NCBI RefSeq assembly: GCF_046119375.1
Contig: NW_027362772.1
Coordinates: 288,238,001 to 288,302,000 of the forward strand
From: Phyllobates terribilis
Lineage: Eukaryota
DNA length: 64,000 nt
Direction: 5' to 3'
This document shows, in pieces, positions 37,968 through 50,403 of the stretch (the first letter of the stretch is position 1; every line of letters starts with the position of its first letter). The translations under genes and the position numbers were made by a program. Below the pieces are notes generated by a model. It had not been told where the DNA came from. It saw only the letters and a program-made list of their open reading frames with translations, and did no database searches.

Positions 37968-38136
37968 ATGATGGTTTCTATTCTGTTGGTTGGGGAAGGA
38001 AATTTTTCCTTTTCTTCTTCCCTTTGTGACAGCAGAGAAGACGCTGATCACATCACCGCCACCTGCTATGAGGCAGAAGATACGGTCCGTGGGCAGCACC
38101 TTGCTTGGAGGAATGTCCAGCACCTTAGAAGTAAAG
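37968..38136 (+). CDS. fdxacb1: FDXACB1 first coding exon (MMVSILLVGEGNFSFSSSL...)
   Basis: LLVGEGNFSF motif of the N-terminal methyltransferase-like domain; acceptor at 37959/60; donor G|GTAC. Confidence 0.92.
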
Positions 38137-38654
38137 GTACATGAATATCAGGGTCAGTGTCTGCTGAGGATGGCGGAGGCTGTGACTGACAGCTGTAAGA
38201 TCGCTGACAGACACCCCATTATATGGGGCTCTGCATCCCCTCCCATGTGATATTTGGCATTGTGTCAGCAGCTCATTAGTTAGCAGTCCTTAGATTTGTT
38301 TTGGGATATGAGAAGTGACAGTTTTGCTATATAGCAATATCACATTCTGCACAGCTTAATGTCTAGGCTTAAAGGGGTATTCCCACCTCAGATGTTTATG
38401 GCAAATCCATAGGAACTGTTATAAACGTCTGATAGATGCAAGTCTCACCTCTGGGACCCCCCACCTTTCTTGTGAACAGGACCCATGGATGTGCAGCTCT
38501 TTACAGTCCCTTCTATGGGAGTAGTGAAATAGAAGTGAATGGAGAGAGTTGCACATATGCAGCCACCACTTCCTGCAAAGTGATGTGAGACCGCACCTTC
38601 CCCTTCAAGGTCCCCTTTGCTCTATTCTCCAGTCTGCAACCCTCTATCCCCCTT

Positions 38655-38925
38655 TCACAACCCCCTTCCGCGCCCCCCCTTCTGCGCCCCCCCTTCTGCG
38701 CCCCTCTGTCCGCGCCCCTCTGTCCGCGCCCCTCTGTCCGCGCCCCTTCCGCGCCCCCCTTCCGCGCCCCTCTGTCCGCCCCCCCTTCCGCGCCCCTCTG
38801 TCCGCCCCTCTTCCGCGCCCCTCTGTCCGCCCCTCTGTCCGCCCCTCTGTCCGCCCCTCTGTCCGCCCCTCTGTCCGCCCCTCTTCCGCGCCCCTCTGTC
38901 CGCCCCCCTTCCGCGCCCCTCTGTC
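38655..38925. repeat. GC-rich 12-14-bp microsatellite (CCGCGCCCCTCTGT / CCGCCCCTCTGT)
   Basis: Tandem units; the minus strand has many G-runs. Confidence 0.9.
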
Positions 38926-39176
38926 TGTGATGTATCTCCCTTGAAAACCAATCCAACTTCACTAATTCTTTTTATTCTCGGGCATCTGCCAACAGGGTTG
39001 AGTCAGTACAATCGTCACGTTTGGCACCCCTCTAACTCCTATGTTCCATGATACTTTCCTCACTCATGACATCTGCATGGTAATTTGCTGATGAAAATGA
39101 GAATATTAATGCCATGATATTATCTTCCCGTTTCTAACCTTTGTCCATGCCATGTTTATCCTGCCATATATTGTAG

Positions 39177-39333
39177 GAGCCGAGGTTCACTTTGCTGTGG
39201 ATGCCACAAAACTAGATGAATATGGTTTTATCACTAATCGGCTTTACGACAGAATTATCTTCAATTTTCCACATTGTGGCAGGAAGGCAGGAGTCAAGAA
39301 GAACAGGGATCTGTTGTCCAATTTTTTTCAAGG
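39177..39333 (+). CDS. fdxacb1: FDXACB1 coding exon 2 (...IIFNFPHCGRKAGVKKNRDLLSNFFQ)
   Basis: 157 nt, AG/GT boundaries, FNFPHCGRKAG motif. Confidence 0.95.
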
Positions 39334-39817
39334 GTAAGTTAGAAGGGTCTTCTCCGTGCCTCCTGCAGGGTAGAAGTACTATCACATAGCCCGGTGTGCC
39401 AGAGAAGGAGCCGCTGGAACGTAGCTTTGGCTTATAGAAGGGGGTTCTTAGAGGTCTGTCCTCAATCATGTCCATTTTAGCCCCTGTTTATACCCTGAAC
39501 ATTAGGATTTTCTACATTTCACATAATGTATTCTACCAGCATTGAACGAGGAGGGACAAGATGGTATCCTCATGGTACACCACCCCCCATCCATTTTACA
39601 TTGGCCAAAGCAAATTATGGCACCAAATATTGGGCACATTTTGGATTATGTTGTCTATTCTATCTATGGTCACAGTGTTATGTTAATATTATTATTATAT
39701 CGCCAAACTATAATTTTATTCTAGATACAAACTAAAATGTAAACATTTCTGGAGGCCATTTCTGGTAGTAACAGTTACTAAATCAGTTTTGTTGTCTTTT
39801 TTTATTTTATATTCCAG

Positions 39818-40021
39818 CTGTACAGGTGTTCTTGCAGCGAAAGGTGAAATCCATGTAGCCTTATGCCAGGGGCAAGGTGGCACTCCTTCTGATGAGTCAA
39901 AGAGGGAATGGCATAACAGCTGGCAAGTGGTGGCCATGGCTGCCACGGCTGGGCTCCTCCTGACATCAGTGGTCCCTTTTGAGTCTGATAAGCACTACGG
40001 CTACCAGAGCACCGGGTACAG
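39818..40021 (+). CDS. fdxacb1: FDXACB1 coding exon 3 (GEIHVALCQGQGGTP...REWHNSWQVVAMA...TGYR)
   Basis: 204 nt, AG/GT boundaries, strong match to the human protein. Confidence 0.95.
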
Positions 40022-41989
40022 GTAACTGCACAGTCTGCAGCTTATCGCCATAGCAGAGGTATCATCTTACAGGAGTGTTATAGGATAAAAAGTAGTTGAG
40101 CAAAAATATTCCCACCATCCAGTGTCCACTTTCGTTCTCCACGGCAGGGCGACGCCATGACGTTGCAGCACCTATGAAGCGTCAGAGGAATTGAGGATGG
40201 CGAGTCAACTGCTGCCACGCAGGACTGGAGTGGAGGGTAGTGTGAATATTTTTGCTTTTTTCTAACATTATTCTTTAGGCTATTTGCCCACATAGCAGAT
40301 TTGATGCAGAGTGTTTTTGCCTCTCTCTGGCAGAAAAAAACGCATGCAGATTTACATGCGGTTTTTCGGCCAGGGAGAAGCATTTTTTCAGCGTTTCTAC
40401 ATGCGTATTGGCATGTGTTTTTTCAAGCACTTTTCCAAGCGATTTTGAGTATCACTTGGAAAAGTGCTTGACAAGTTAGTCACACAATATAAATCCATGG
40501 ATTTATATTATGTGACCAGCTTAGATGCTTTGAATGCTGCAACTATAGTAAAAAAAAAAAAAACAAAAAAAAAAACCCTGTATACTCACCTCTCCAGTCT
40601 CCTCCCGGCGGCGATTCTCTCTCCTCGGCGTCCCGCGGTCTACTGGCAGGACCTGCGGTGACGTAATTTAATCAGCTGATGGTCACGCGACCATCACCTG
40701 ACCGCTGACGTCAGCGGTTGCGTGACCATCAGCTGATTAAATTACGTCACCGCAGGTCCTGCCAGTACACCTCGGGACGCTGAGGAGAGAAGATCGCCGC
40801 CGGGAGGAGACCGGAGAGGTGAGTATACTGGTCTTTTTCTATCGCTTCGTTGGGGGACACAGGAAACCATGGGTGTATGCTGTTGTCACTAGGAGGCTGA
40901 CACTAGGCAGAAAAAAAGGACTAACTGCTCCCCAGCAGGCTACACCCACACTGGGATTGAACTAACCAGTTTTGGCTTAGTGTCCAAGGAGGCAAGACAT
41001 GGGTCTGCGTTCAGGCCCGTCTCTACCATCTTGTTGTGTTTTATTAATGTTTTTCCTTTCTTTTTCAGATACAGCTTGTGACTTCGGGCAACAGGGTGTA
41101 ACAGCTCACCCTGATTTCCCACCTTTTGGGACAGAGAGAACAATGTGGTGTTGCCCACATCGTCCACTCTCTTGTCTAACAGGCAGGACCCTTTTTTCCC
41201 CCTAACTCTTCCGAAGAGTTTTGGGGTGACTCGTGGCGGATGGTCCTCTCCCCACCCCAGCCCCCTCCTCGGAGCGGGCCGGGAGGAAGACTGTGATCAC
41301 TGGTCAGTGATCCTCCCCTCATCCAGGGTCGACACCGTCTTTTGCACCGCCGGGGACTGCGACAGTGCGGGAAGGAAGACGTTCCTATTCCAGAGACACC
41401 CCCCCCCCCCCCTCAACCGGGGGCTGCTGATGCCGTCTTCAGGACTGTGAAGAAGGAGTCGGGGCCTCTCCAGAGACAGGTACCCTCCTTTCTACAGTCC
41501 TTTCTTCAGGTGGCGGGAGCTCCACAGGACAGCCAGCTGGATATTGTTCCCGGTCGTTCTCCCTCATTTCCAGCCGACTTTCAAAATTTAGGCCCTGGCT
41601 TCGGCCTAGTTCCATTCCACACGCCCCCCACCGCACCATTAGCCCCTCAGAGCCACGGACTCTTCCTAACCCCCTTTTTTTCTATCTAATCCCTGCTGTT
41701 TTTTCTTTTCCTCAGCGCAGGCTCTCTGTGCGCACTTTTTCGACTCCGTCCCCTCCTTTTCCCGCTGGCGCCATTACTCGCACGGCCTGCGGCCTCCATC
41801 TTGGCGCCTGCCGCAGCCGGGGTCACAGCTACAGACGCTGCCCGCGCCACAGCGCCAGCTGTGGCCTCCATCTCAGCGCCAACCGCAGCCCCTGTCACAG
41901 CGCTAGCCCTGCCGCGTATCCTTTCCAGCTGCGGCCTCCAATCCAATGCTAGCTGCGGCCTACATCATGGCTCTAGCCGCGTCCCCTTC

Positions 41990-42190
41990 AGTGACTGCCC
42001 CAGCCTCCGTCACAGCGCCAGCAGCGGCCTCCGTCACAGCGCCAGCAGCGGCCTCCGTCACAGCGCCAGCAGCGGCCTCCGTCACAGCGCCAGCAGCGGC
42101 CTCCGTCACAGCGCCAGCAGCGGCCTCCGTCGCAGCGCCAGCAGCGGCCTCCGTCGCAGCGCCAGCAGCGGCCTCCATCGCAGTGCCAGC
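41990..42190. repeat. 24-bp tandem repeat (GCCAGCAGCGGCCTCCGTCACAGC) inside the DIRS
   Basis: About 7 units. Confidence 0.85.
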
Positions 42191-42416
42191 CACGGGCTCT
42201 GGCACAGCTACAGCCATTCCCTCCGTCACCCAGCCGCAGCCTCTTTCACATCGGCTCCTGGCCCTCTTCAGCCTCGGATCCTGGCACTGCTTCAACCGTT
42301 AGCCCATGGGCAATCAACACCGAGGGTCCCCCACATAGGATAAGGTAGGCCCTGTCCTGGCCGTCGGCCCCTCGGGCCCAGTCCTCCTTTTTTTCTAAAC
42401 TGTCCAAATAGTTTAT

Positions 42417-42848
42417 GGGACATTTCATTCCACAACCATAGAGTTTGTTGGGCACTTCATTCCAAAACCACAGCGTTTGTGGGACATTTCATTCCAAAAC
42501 CACAGCGTTTGTGGGACATTTCATTCCAAAACCACAGCGTTTGTGGGACATTTCATTCCAAAACCACAGCGTTTGTGGGACATTTCATTCCAAAACCACA
42601 GCGTTTGTGGGACATTTCATTCCAAAACCACAGCGTTTGTGGGACATTTCATTCCAAAACCACAGCGTTTGTGGGACATTTCATTCCAAAACCACAGCGT
42701 TTGTGGGACATTTCATTCCAAAACCACAGCGTTTGTGGGACATTTCATTCCAAAACCACAGCGTTTGTGGGACATTTCATTCCAAAACCACAGAGTTTGT
42801 GGGACATTTCATTCCAAAACCACAGAGTTTGTGGGACATTTCATGGGA
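42417..42848. repeat. 32-bp minisatellite (GGGACATTTCATTCCAAAACCACAGCGTTTGT) inside the DIRS
   Basis: About 13 near-identical units. Confidence 0.93.
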
Positions 42849-44185
42849 CATCCCAAAACTGTACAGATTGTGGGGCAGACCATGCTAAGACTTATGGTAT
42901 GAGGGTACCAATATCCATAGGTCAGCAGGAATCTCCGTGCATCGACCACAACAACCCCAAGCACTCAGTTCTCTCCGGAGCTCCCTGCCACCAGGATCGA
43001 AAGCGGTATTCCAATGGTTGCTGCCTTATTGTATCCGGCACCAACCTCACCAACCTTTGGTAGAGGTCCCTTTGCGACTACCTAACAAGCCATCAGCCTC
43101 AGCTGCTCTGACTATTTCCCAAGATGTATCAGATGCATGCTTTTACAGCAGACCGCGCAGAGTTCCAGGGAGCGGGTGCCCTCCAGCTTTATGTCTGGAC
43201 TCCCCTTGTTCCTACATAATCTAGGACTATTCCCATGCCTCGCTTCTCTTTCCCAGAGATAGTTTTAGAGTTGGACCTCTCCACCCTGCTACCCGAGCCG
43301 GATTCCGATCTAGACTCCAACCGGCCCCTCCAGGTCACAAGACATGATGAACAGCCCGGTATCAGCTGTCAAGCAAGCCTGAGTCAAGGACGACGAACCT
43401 CTTCCACAAAGACCATTCTCTTCTCGAGAGTGTCTCTCACCTCCAATCATGAAGAGATCTGATTGAGTGCCCCTTGCGAATGAGGTATACTCAGGAAATG
43501 GTGTTCAGAGCAGTTATCGTTCTAGAATTCTTCTGCAACCTACGGTTTCTGGTCATTTAACATTCTGATACCTGCAGGGTGCCTTGCCTATAGCAGGTTA
43601 CCTTGTTTATGGTACACACAGGAGCTGTTTTATGCCTCTCCTTACGGACAGGTCCACAATTCACCAAGGTTGTGCCCTCACACTGTTCCTACTAGCGATA
43701 GTAAGTCAGAACCGAGATGTCTCCAGAGTTATTATTTTTATAACGGAGTGACTGTTCGATACTTTGCCAGTCTTGCAGTGTGTCAGAACACTCCATCCTC
43801 CGTGTCCACAGCTGTAGAGCTTCCTTTATGGAACATACCTGGTGTTCCACCAGCTCCACGACCATACCTATGGCACGACTACCCAGGCAAACCACTGCCA
43901 ACTCCTGCCCACTTCCTAATGGCATCAGATCTATGTGGTTGCCTATCCCGCCAACAGTCCTTTCGGACTAAGGCGGGTCAGTAACAGAGTGTTACCTTGC
44001 CACTGCTATTTAAGAACATACATGCAACAACCTCCATTATCTCCGTTTCAGAGGTTTCTTATGCATCAACTGTCGGGTACTCTCTGCAGTTGGTCAGACC
44101 CACTAACATCTATGGCCACAGCTATACAGCTGTCTCTTTTCAACGGCATAAATCCATGTAGTGCTCCAGGCACTTATCTTATCTA

Positions 44186-45807
44186 CAGTACAGACCAAAA
44201 GTTTGGACACACCTCATTTAAAGATTTTTCTGTATTTTCATGACTTTGAAAATTGTACATTCACACTGAAGGCATCAAACTATGAATTAACACATGTGGA
44301 ATTATATACTTAACAAAAAAGTGTGAAACAACTGAAAATATGTCTTATATTTTAGGTTCTTCAAAGTAGCCACCTTTTGCTTTGATGACTGCTTTGCACA
44401 CTCTTGGCATTCTCTTGATGAGCTTCAAGAGGTAGTCACCGGAAATGGTCTTCACTTCACAGGTGTGCCCTGTCAGGTTTAATAAGTGGGATTTCTTGCC
44501 TTATAAATGGGGTTGGGACCATCAGTTGTGTTGTGCAGAAGTCAGGTGGATAAACAGCTGATAGTCCTACTGAATAGACTGTTAGCTGTTTTTTCTTGCC
44601 ATAATACAAATTCTAAGTAAAGAAAAATGAGTGGCCATCATTACTTTAAGAAATGAAGGTCAGTCAGTCCGAAAAATTAGGCAAACTTTGAATGTGTCCC
44701 CAAGTGCAGTTACAAAAACCATCAAGCGCTACAAAGAAACTGGCTCGCATGAGGACCGCCCTAGGAAAGGAAGACCAAGAGTCACCTCTGCTTCTGAGGA
44801 TAAGTTTATCCGAGTCACCAGCCTCAGAAATCGCAGGTTAATAGCAGCTCAGATTAGAGACCAGGTCAATGCCACACAGAGTTCTAGCAGCAGACACATC
44901 TCTACAACAACTGTTAAGAGGAGACTTTGTGCAGCAGGCCTTCATGGTAAAATAGCTGCTAGGAAACCACTGCTAAGGACAGGCAACAAGCAGAAGAGAC
45001 TTGTTTGGGCTAAAGAACACAAAGAATGGACATTAGACCAGTGGAAATCTGTGCTTTGGTCTGATGAGTCCAAATTTGAGATCTTTGGTTCCAACCACCG
45101 TGTCTTTGTGCGACGCAGAAAAGGTGAACGGATGGACTCTACATGCCTGGTTCCCACCGTGAAGCATGGAGGAGGAGGTGTGATGGTGTGGGGGTGCTTT
45201 GCTGGTGACACTGTTGGGAATTTATTCAAAATTGAAGGCATACTGAACCAGCATGGCTACCACAGCATCTTGCAGCGGCTTGCTATTCCATCCGGTTTCC
45301 GTTTAGTTGGACCATCATTTATTTTTCAACAGGACAATGACCCCAAACACACCTCCAGGCTGTGTAAGGGCTAATTGACCAAGAAGGAGAGTGATGGGGT
45401 GCTACGCCAGATGACCTGGCCTCCACAGTCACCAGACCTGAACCCAATCGAGATGGTTTGGGGTGAACTGGACCGCAGAGTGAAGGTAAAAGGGCCAAGA
45501 AGTGCTAAGCATCTCTGGGAACTCCTTCAAGATTGTTGGAAGACCATTTCTGGTGACAACCACTTGAAGCTCATCAAGAGAATGCCAAGAGTGTGCAAAG
45601 CAGTCATCAAAGCAAAAGGTGGCTACTTTGAAGAACCTAGAATATAAGACATATTTTCAGTTGTTTCACACTTTTTTGTTATGTATATAATTCCACATGT
45701 GTTAATTCATAGCTTTGATGCCTTCAGTGTGAATGTACAATTTTCAAAGTCATGAAAATACAGAAAAATCTTTAAATGAGGTGTGTCCAAACTTTTGGTC
45801 TGTACTG
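44186..45807 (+). mobile_element. Tc1-like DD38E transposon copy 2, inserted in the DIRS; start codon inverted and one nonsense codon
   Basis: TA flanks; ~268-bp TIRs; WSDESKF, FQQDNDPKH, WPPQSPDLNPIE; TAA at 45372-74. Confidence 0.95.
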
Positions 45808-48696
45808 TATATCTGGGCTCTTTGTCCATTACCCCTAGCGGTTCAGACCTACTACCCCCCCCTTATTAGCAGCTACAGTGTTTTTATCCGTTTGCTGCTA
45901 ACCCTGTAGTATTCGATCCACTATCCACAGCCTGTCAGTTTGTCGACACTCTCCTTTTTGTTTCCTCAGAAGAAGACTTGAAGAGGTCTGCAACAAATTA
46001 CAGACATGCTATTACAGACCAGATGCTGTTACAGGCTCTGTTCATACCAGAGATCAGGTCTTAGTTCGTCACGAAAACAGATTCTTCTTGTCCTGCTCAT
46101 CCTGACCACCCCGGTTCGCCCAGGCTTCGTGGGACCTACCTGTCTGATGCCTATACACGAGTTGTTGTCGAGTTGTTGTTCTGGTTTTCTTTTTCCCTAC
46201 AGTTGTCGTCAACGCCTTTCATCAGTTGGATAATCGGCTGTTTGCGGCGCTCCTCTAGGGAGACTATTCCGCATACAGGTACTCGCCTTTTCTTCCGTCA
46301 CATGTCAAGGACCGAAACAGACCTAGGGTCTCTAGACGCCTTGAGATGAAACACCTGATTACTGAGGTACCTGATCGGTAGGAGGTAATGTTGTGTCTCT
46401 AGCCTAATTTTCTCTTTCGACAAGAGAACTTCCGACTTTCAGGACATGGAAGCCTTTCCTCAAGCCGGCACTATCCGGCTTAACATTTGTCCAGTCAGAA
46501 GTTTCCACTTCCAGGGACAGTTGTTGGCAGCACCCAACATTTGCAGGATGAAGGGTTGGTAACGGAGCTCATCTCGGAAGACTCATCTTTGGATTCAGGA
46601 TTCCGCATGCAGGTACTCTTCTTTTCTTCCTTCCTTTCGGGATTGCCACTTGTCTAGAATCAAGATGGACTATCGGTCTCCAGACGCCTTATGATGAAAC
46701 ACCTGATTCCACAACCTGAACCATTCTGCCGTCTACCTGACTAGGACCTCATTAATGCCATGTCTCTTACCATACCTTCTGTTTCGACGAAGAGAACTTG
46801 CGCCTAGCAGGATATGATGGCCCTTATTCAAGCCGGTCCTGTCCAGCGTAACACGAACCAGTGGGTCGTTTCCAGAGACAGGTAAGGTTCTCCTCAGAGC
46901 ATTCCCTTCAGATAGGCGTTATTTCTGCGTGACATGTGTCATCATGATTAATCCTACCGTGGGTGGAATCCTCCCTCCGTTGGCGCCATAGTCTTTACTC
47001 TCACGATAAGAGTTCTCGATACTTCCCTTGGAGGGTTGGACTCTTTGGTGACCATCTTCCTGTCCTCTTTTTTTTGCCTTCTTCTCTCATCTCTACATAA
47101 GCGTGTTGAGTAAATTTGGGGGACAGTGTAACACATGGAACAGGGGAGCCCTTCCCCCAGATCGGTCCTTAATTCTTCCCCCCTGAGCGATGTTTTCCCT
47201 GTATGGGAGGGGCTATCCTCCCGTCTAGCCTGAGCCCTGCGCCTGTCGGAAGTGGGAAGTGTTCTGGGACACTTGTTCCCTGGCCGGGGAGCTGCCTTCT
47301 AATGCCCCCCCATTTCAAGGTCACAGGAAGTCCAGGACCTTTTCCTTTTTCCGACTCGCTTAGGTTTAGAGCCCGTCTTATCTGTTCTAGCCGTGACTTA
47401 CATACAGGGTGGAGCGCTAAATTAGACCGTCTGGTGCTTCGGTCTGAACTCATTGTTCTGTTTTTTCCTCCACAGTTTCTCCCCTGAACGGGGGACACTT
47501 CCAGTTTATCCAGAATGTTCCTATCGCTCCATGGACTGTTCGTCCTTCCTGGTCTTCGGTCCACACCTTCTCCTTGTATTACACGGTATCTCCACTCGGC
47601 ATCAGCAACGCCAATCGGTATTGGAAGGTCCCTCATGCAGTAGTGGACCAACCTTACTTTTTGAGTACTTGTCTTTTCCCTCCCTAGGGACTGCTTTAGG
47701 ACGTCCCATGATTTCCTGTGTCCCCCAATGAAGCGATAGAGAAAAGAGGATTTTTGGTACTCACCGTAAAATCCTTTTCTCGGAGCCTTCATTGGGGGAC
47801 ACAGCACCCACCCTTATTTGTGCCATTTTTGGTTCATCTTAGGGTAATCTTTTATACCTCCTTTCCTACTGCTTTCTCACAAACTGGTTAGTTCACTCCC
47901 AGGGTGGGTGTAGCCTGCTGGGGAGCAGTTAGCCCTTTTTTCTGCCTAGTGTCAGCCTCCTAGTGGCAGCAACATACACCCATGGTTTCCTGTGTCCCCC
48001 AATGAAGGCTCCGAGAAAAGGATTTTACGGTGAGTACCAAAAATCCTCTTTTTTTATTTTTAGCTTTTCTTTTTTTCACCGCGTGGTAGCCGGGATCAAG
48101 AGGAGTTGTAGTCTCCTCTTCATCCTGGGTACCACACGCAAAGCGATTATGCTGCAAATTCGCGGCCATTGAATTTAATTGAAACGCAGCAAATCCACAT
48201 ATACCTGCGGGTTTGCTGCGTTTCAATGTTCCTCAATGGCCGCGAATTTGCAGCGTAATCGCAATGCGAATTCGGCGCGCTAATTAGCGCATCATGTGCA
48301 CAGCACATCCGAATTCACATTGCTTTGCATGGCCGACTGTTTTACAAGCGTTTTTGCGGCCGTAAAAACGCTACGTGGGCACATGGCCTTATTCTTTCAT
48401 TATCAATTCCTCGTGATTTCTGCACGCAGTCAATTAGCATGAAGAGCCAAGTATCTGCGTGATCATCGCATGACCGGGTCTGGTTCACATCTCCCCAAAA
48501 TAACCAATGAGTTTTCCCACGCAGTGATCTTGACAGTGGCAATGCCTGATACAGTTACTTTAATGGAAAACTCTTACTTTGTGTTGAATACTGAATAACC
48601 TTTATCTGCTGAAGCTAGAATTCCCATGTAATTATTACACTATTATCACATTATATCGTAATAATTTATATTAATATTTCTCGCTTTCTTTCTTAG

Positions 48697-48831
48697 GAGC
48701 CAGGAGAAATCATTCCGTGTTATCGGAGCCTTGAACCACGTTTTTACCAGAAGTTTACCATTGGAGAACTTATCAGCCTTGCAAATAATCGAGAAGTTCA
48801 CTTCTGTCCAGGATCCGCAGTGCATTGATGG
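48697..48831 (+). CDS. fdxacb1: FDXACB1 coding exon 4 (SQEKSFRVIGALNHVFTRSLP...)
   Basis: TTAG|G acceptor; matches human SQDKSFHVEGALNHIFTRSLP; the phase-2 donor at 48832 is inferred. Confidence 0.85.
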
Positions 48832-50403
48832 GTGATTACATGTGATAACTTTTTTGGTTACCTTACATTAGTCTCAGAGCCTCCCATTTTTCCTTAACTC
48901 AACCGCAAGAGTAAAGAAAGTAAGAAATCGTACAGACATATCCCAGTCATTGTCTCCTGTAAGTGCTGGTGGTATTGTGTTTTGGTAGAGGGCGACCCTG
49001 ACAGATCTTTATAGGAGTGCTAGATCTGGCCCTGTTATGCTGCAGGGGTCAGCAACCTGCAGCACGCCAGCAATTGTGAAACTGCAACTCTCAACATGCC
49101 CTGATAGGCTTTGGCCATTAGGACATGCTCGGAGTTGTAGTTTCACAACAGCTGGAGTGTTACTGAACAGCACCGGGGAAAATCTAATTTTTCGCTGGTG
49201 TTTCTTACTATAGCACACCTTTTCATTATTGCAAAATAGATTTGCAGTTTGCTTTTATTGCAAGTGTTTGGCTTGTAGAGCTTACAGGTAATACAGAACA
49301 GTGCAGGCTGCTCAATCCTATTCTGTCTCAAGTCCATGAGACAAACCATTTCTCCAGCCCTTCTCCGACGCACATTTTATCCCTTGCTGGTTGGGCAGAG
49401 CGCCCACAGCCGTGCAGTCCTCCCTGCCTTGTACTGATTGTACTGAGGAATGATGAGTGTTCACATGTTCAGCTTCTGTATTTATGTTGCCTTGGGTGAG
49501 TAAACCACTAGAATATCAGATATTATCCTCCATCTTATATCCTATTCTACTAGGGAATTTAATATTTAGTCCCTTCCTCTACCCTAGACCACCCTGGTAA
49601 TTGAATATTAAAGGGGCTGTCTGAGGATTTAAAAAAAAAAAAAAAATGAATAAGATGAAAATAAACAATACTCCTCTACTCAATCTCCACCAGCCACATG
49701 GCCGACACTTTGGTGACTTCCATCGCTTGCTCTGGTCTCATGCCGTACATGCCTGTGTGACTGCTGATTCCCGCAGTGATGACGTGCTGTACATTTCACC
49801 AAAGGTGCACGAATTAGGAGCCTATGAACGGTAGACGTGATGTCATCACTGCCGGATCATAACGGTGGGGCTTGAGTCGCGTCACCACCGCTGAGAGCTC
49901 GGACTTTCTGTAAAAGATGTTACAGAAGTTAGGTTTCTTTGGAATTAGTGGGCAAGTAAAGTTTCATCCCAGAAAACACCTTTAAACTGTTTCCTGGACA
50001 AATCCTTTAAAGAGAATCTGTCATCACAAAATGACTGTTCAAACCAAGCACTGGTTCTCGGTGCATCCTTGGAGTTGCCAAACACTTTAATGCCTTTTTC
50101 CTTCTTTCTCTAGCCTCATCTGGCTCGTGTAAACCCAGAGCTGTCAATTAAGGAAGAGGGGGCAGAAATAGATGGAATAAAAGTAGGTGGCAAGGAATTG
50201 ATTGGCCGTGCCAAGTTTGAACAGTCGTTTTGTGCTGACAGTCTACTCTAGACTGCTGAGGAGAAAGTCTGAATATTTTTTTTTTATCTGTCTAAATTTC
50301 TTATAAAATTCTTCTAAAAATGCAGTCAAAAAATTTGGTGTGAAAAATTATTTTTTTTTAATAATTTTCTAATAAAAATTCTGTATTTTTTTTATTCTTT
50401 CAG

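Larger units (their letters stand above)
40834..48050 (+). mobile_element. DIRS1-type tyrosine-recombinase retrotransposon with intact termini and decayed ORFs
   Basis: Left ITR about 40834-40972, right ITR about 47881-48050. The internal complementary region 47712-47804 matches the left-ITR start plus right-ITR end (circle junction). A degraded recombinase C-terminus lies near 47560-47650. Confidence 0.9.
40278..48388. mobile_element. PIF/Harbinger-type palindromic MITE split by the DIRS insertion
   Basis: TTA at 40275-77 and 48389-91; ends GGCTATTTGCCCAC and GTGGGCACATGGCC; near-perfect ~250-bp internal hairpin at about 40581-40832. Confidence 0.7.

Noticed and set aside
42417-42848. CRISPR-like appearance of 32-40-bp repeats (also 56611-56930 and 58625-59246)
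   Set aside because: Units are head-to-tail with no unique spacers, no cas genes, and the context is vertebrate.
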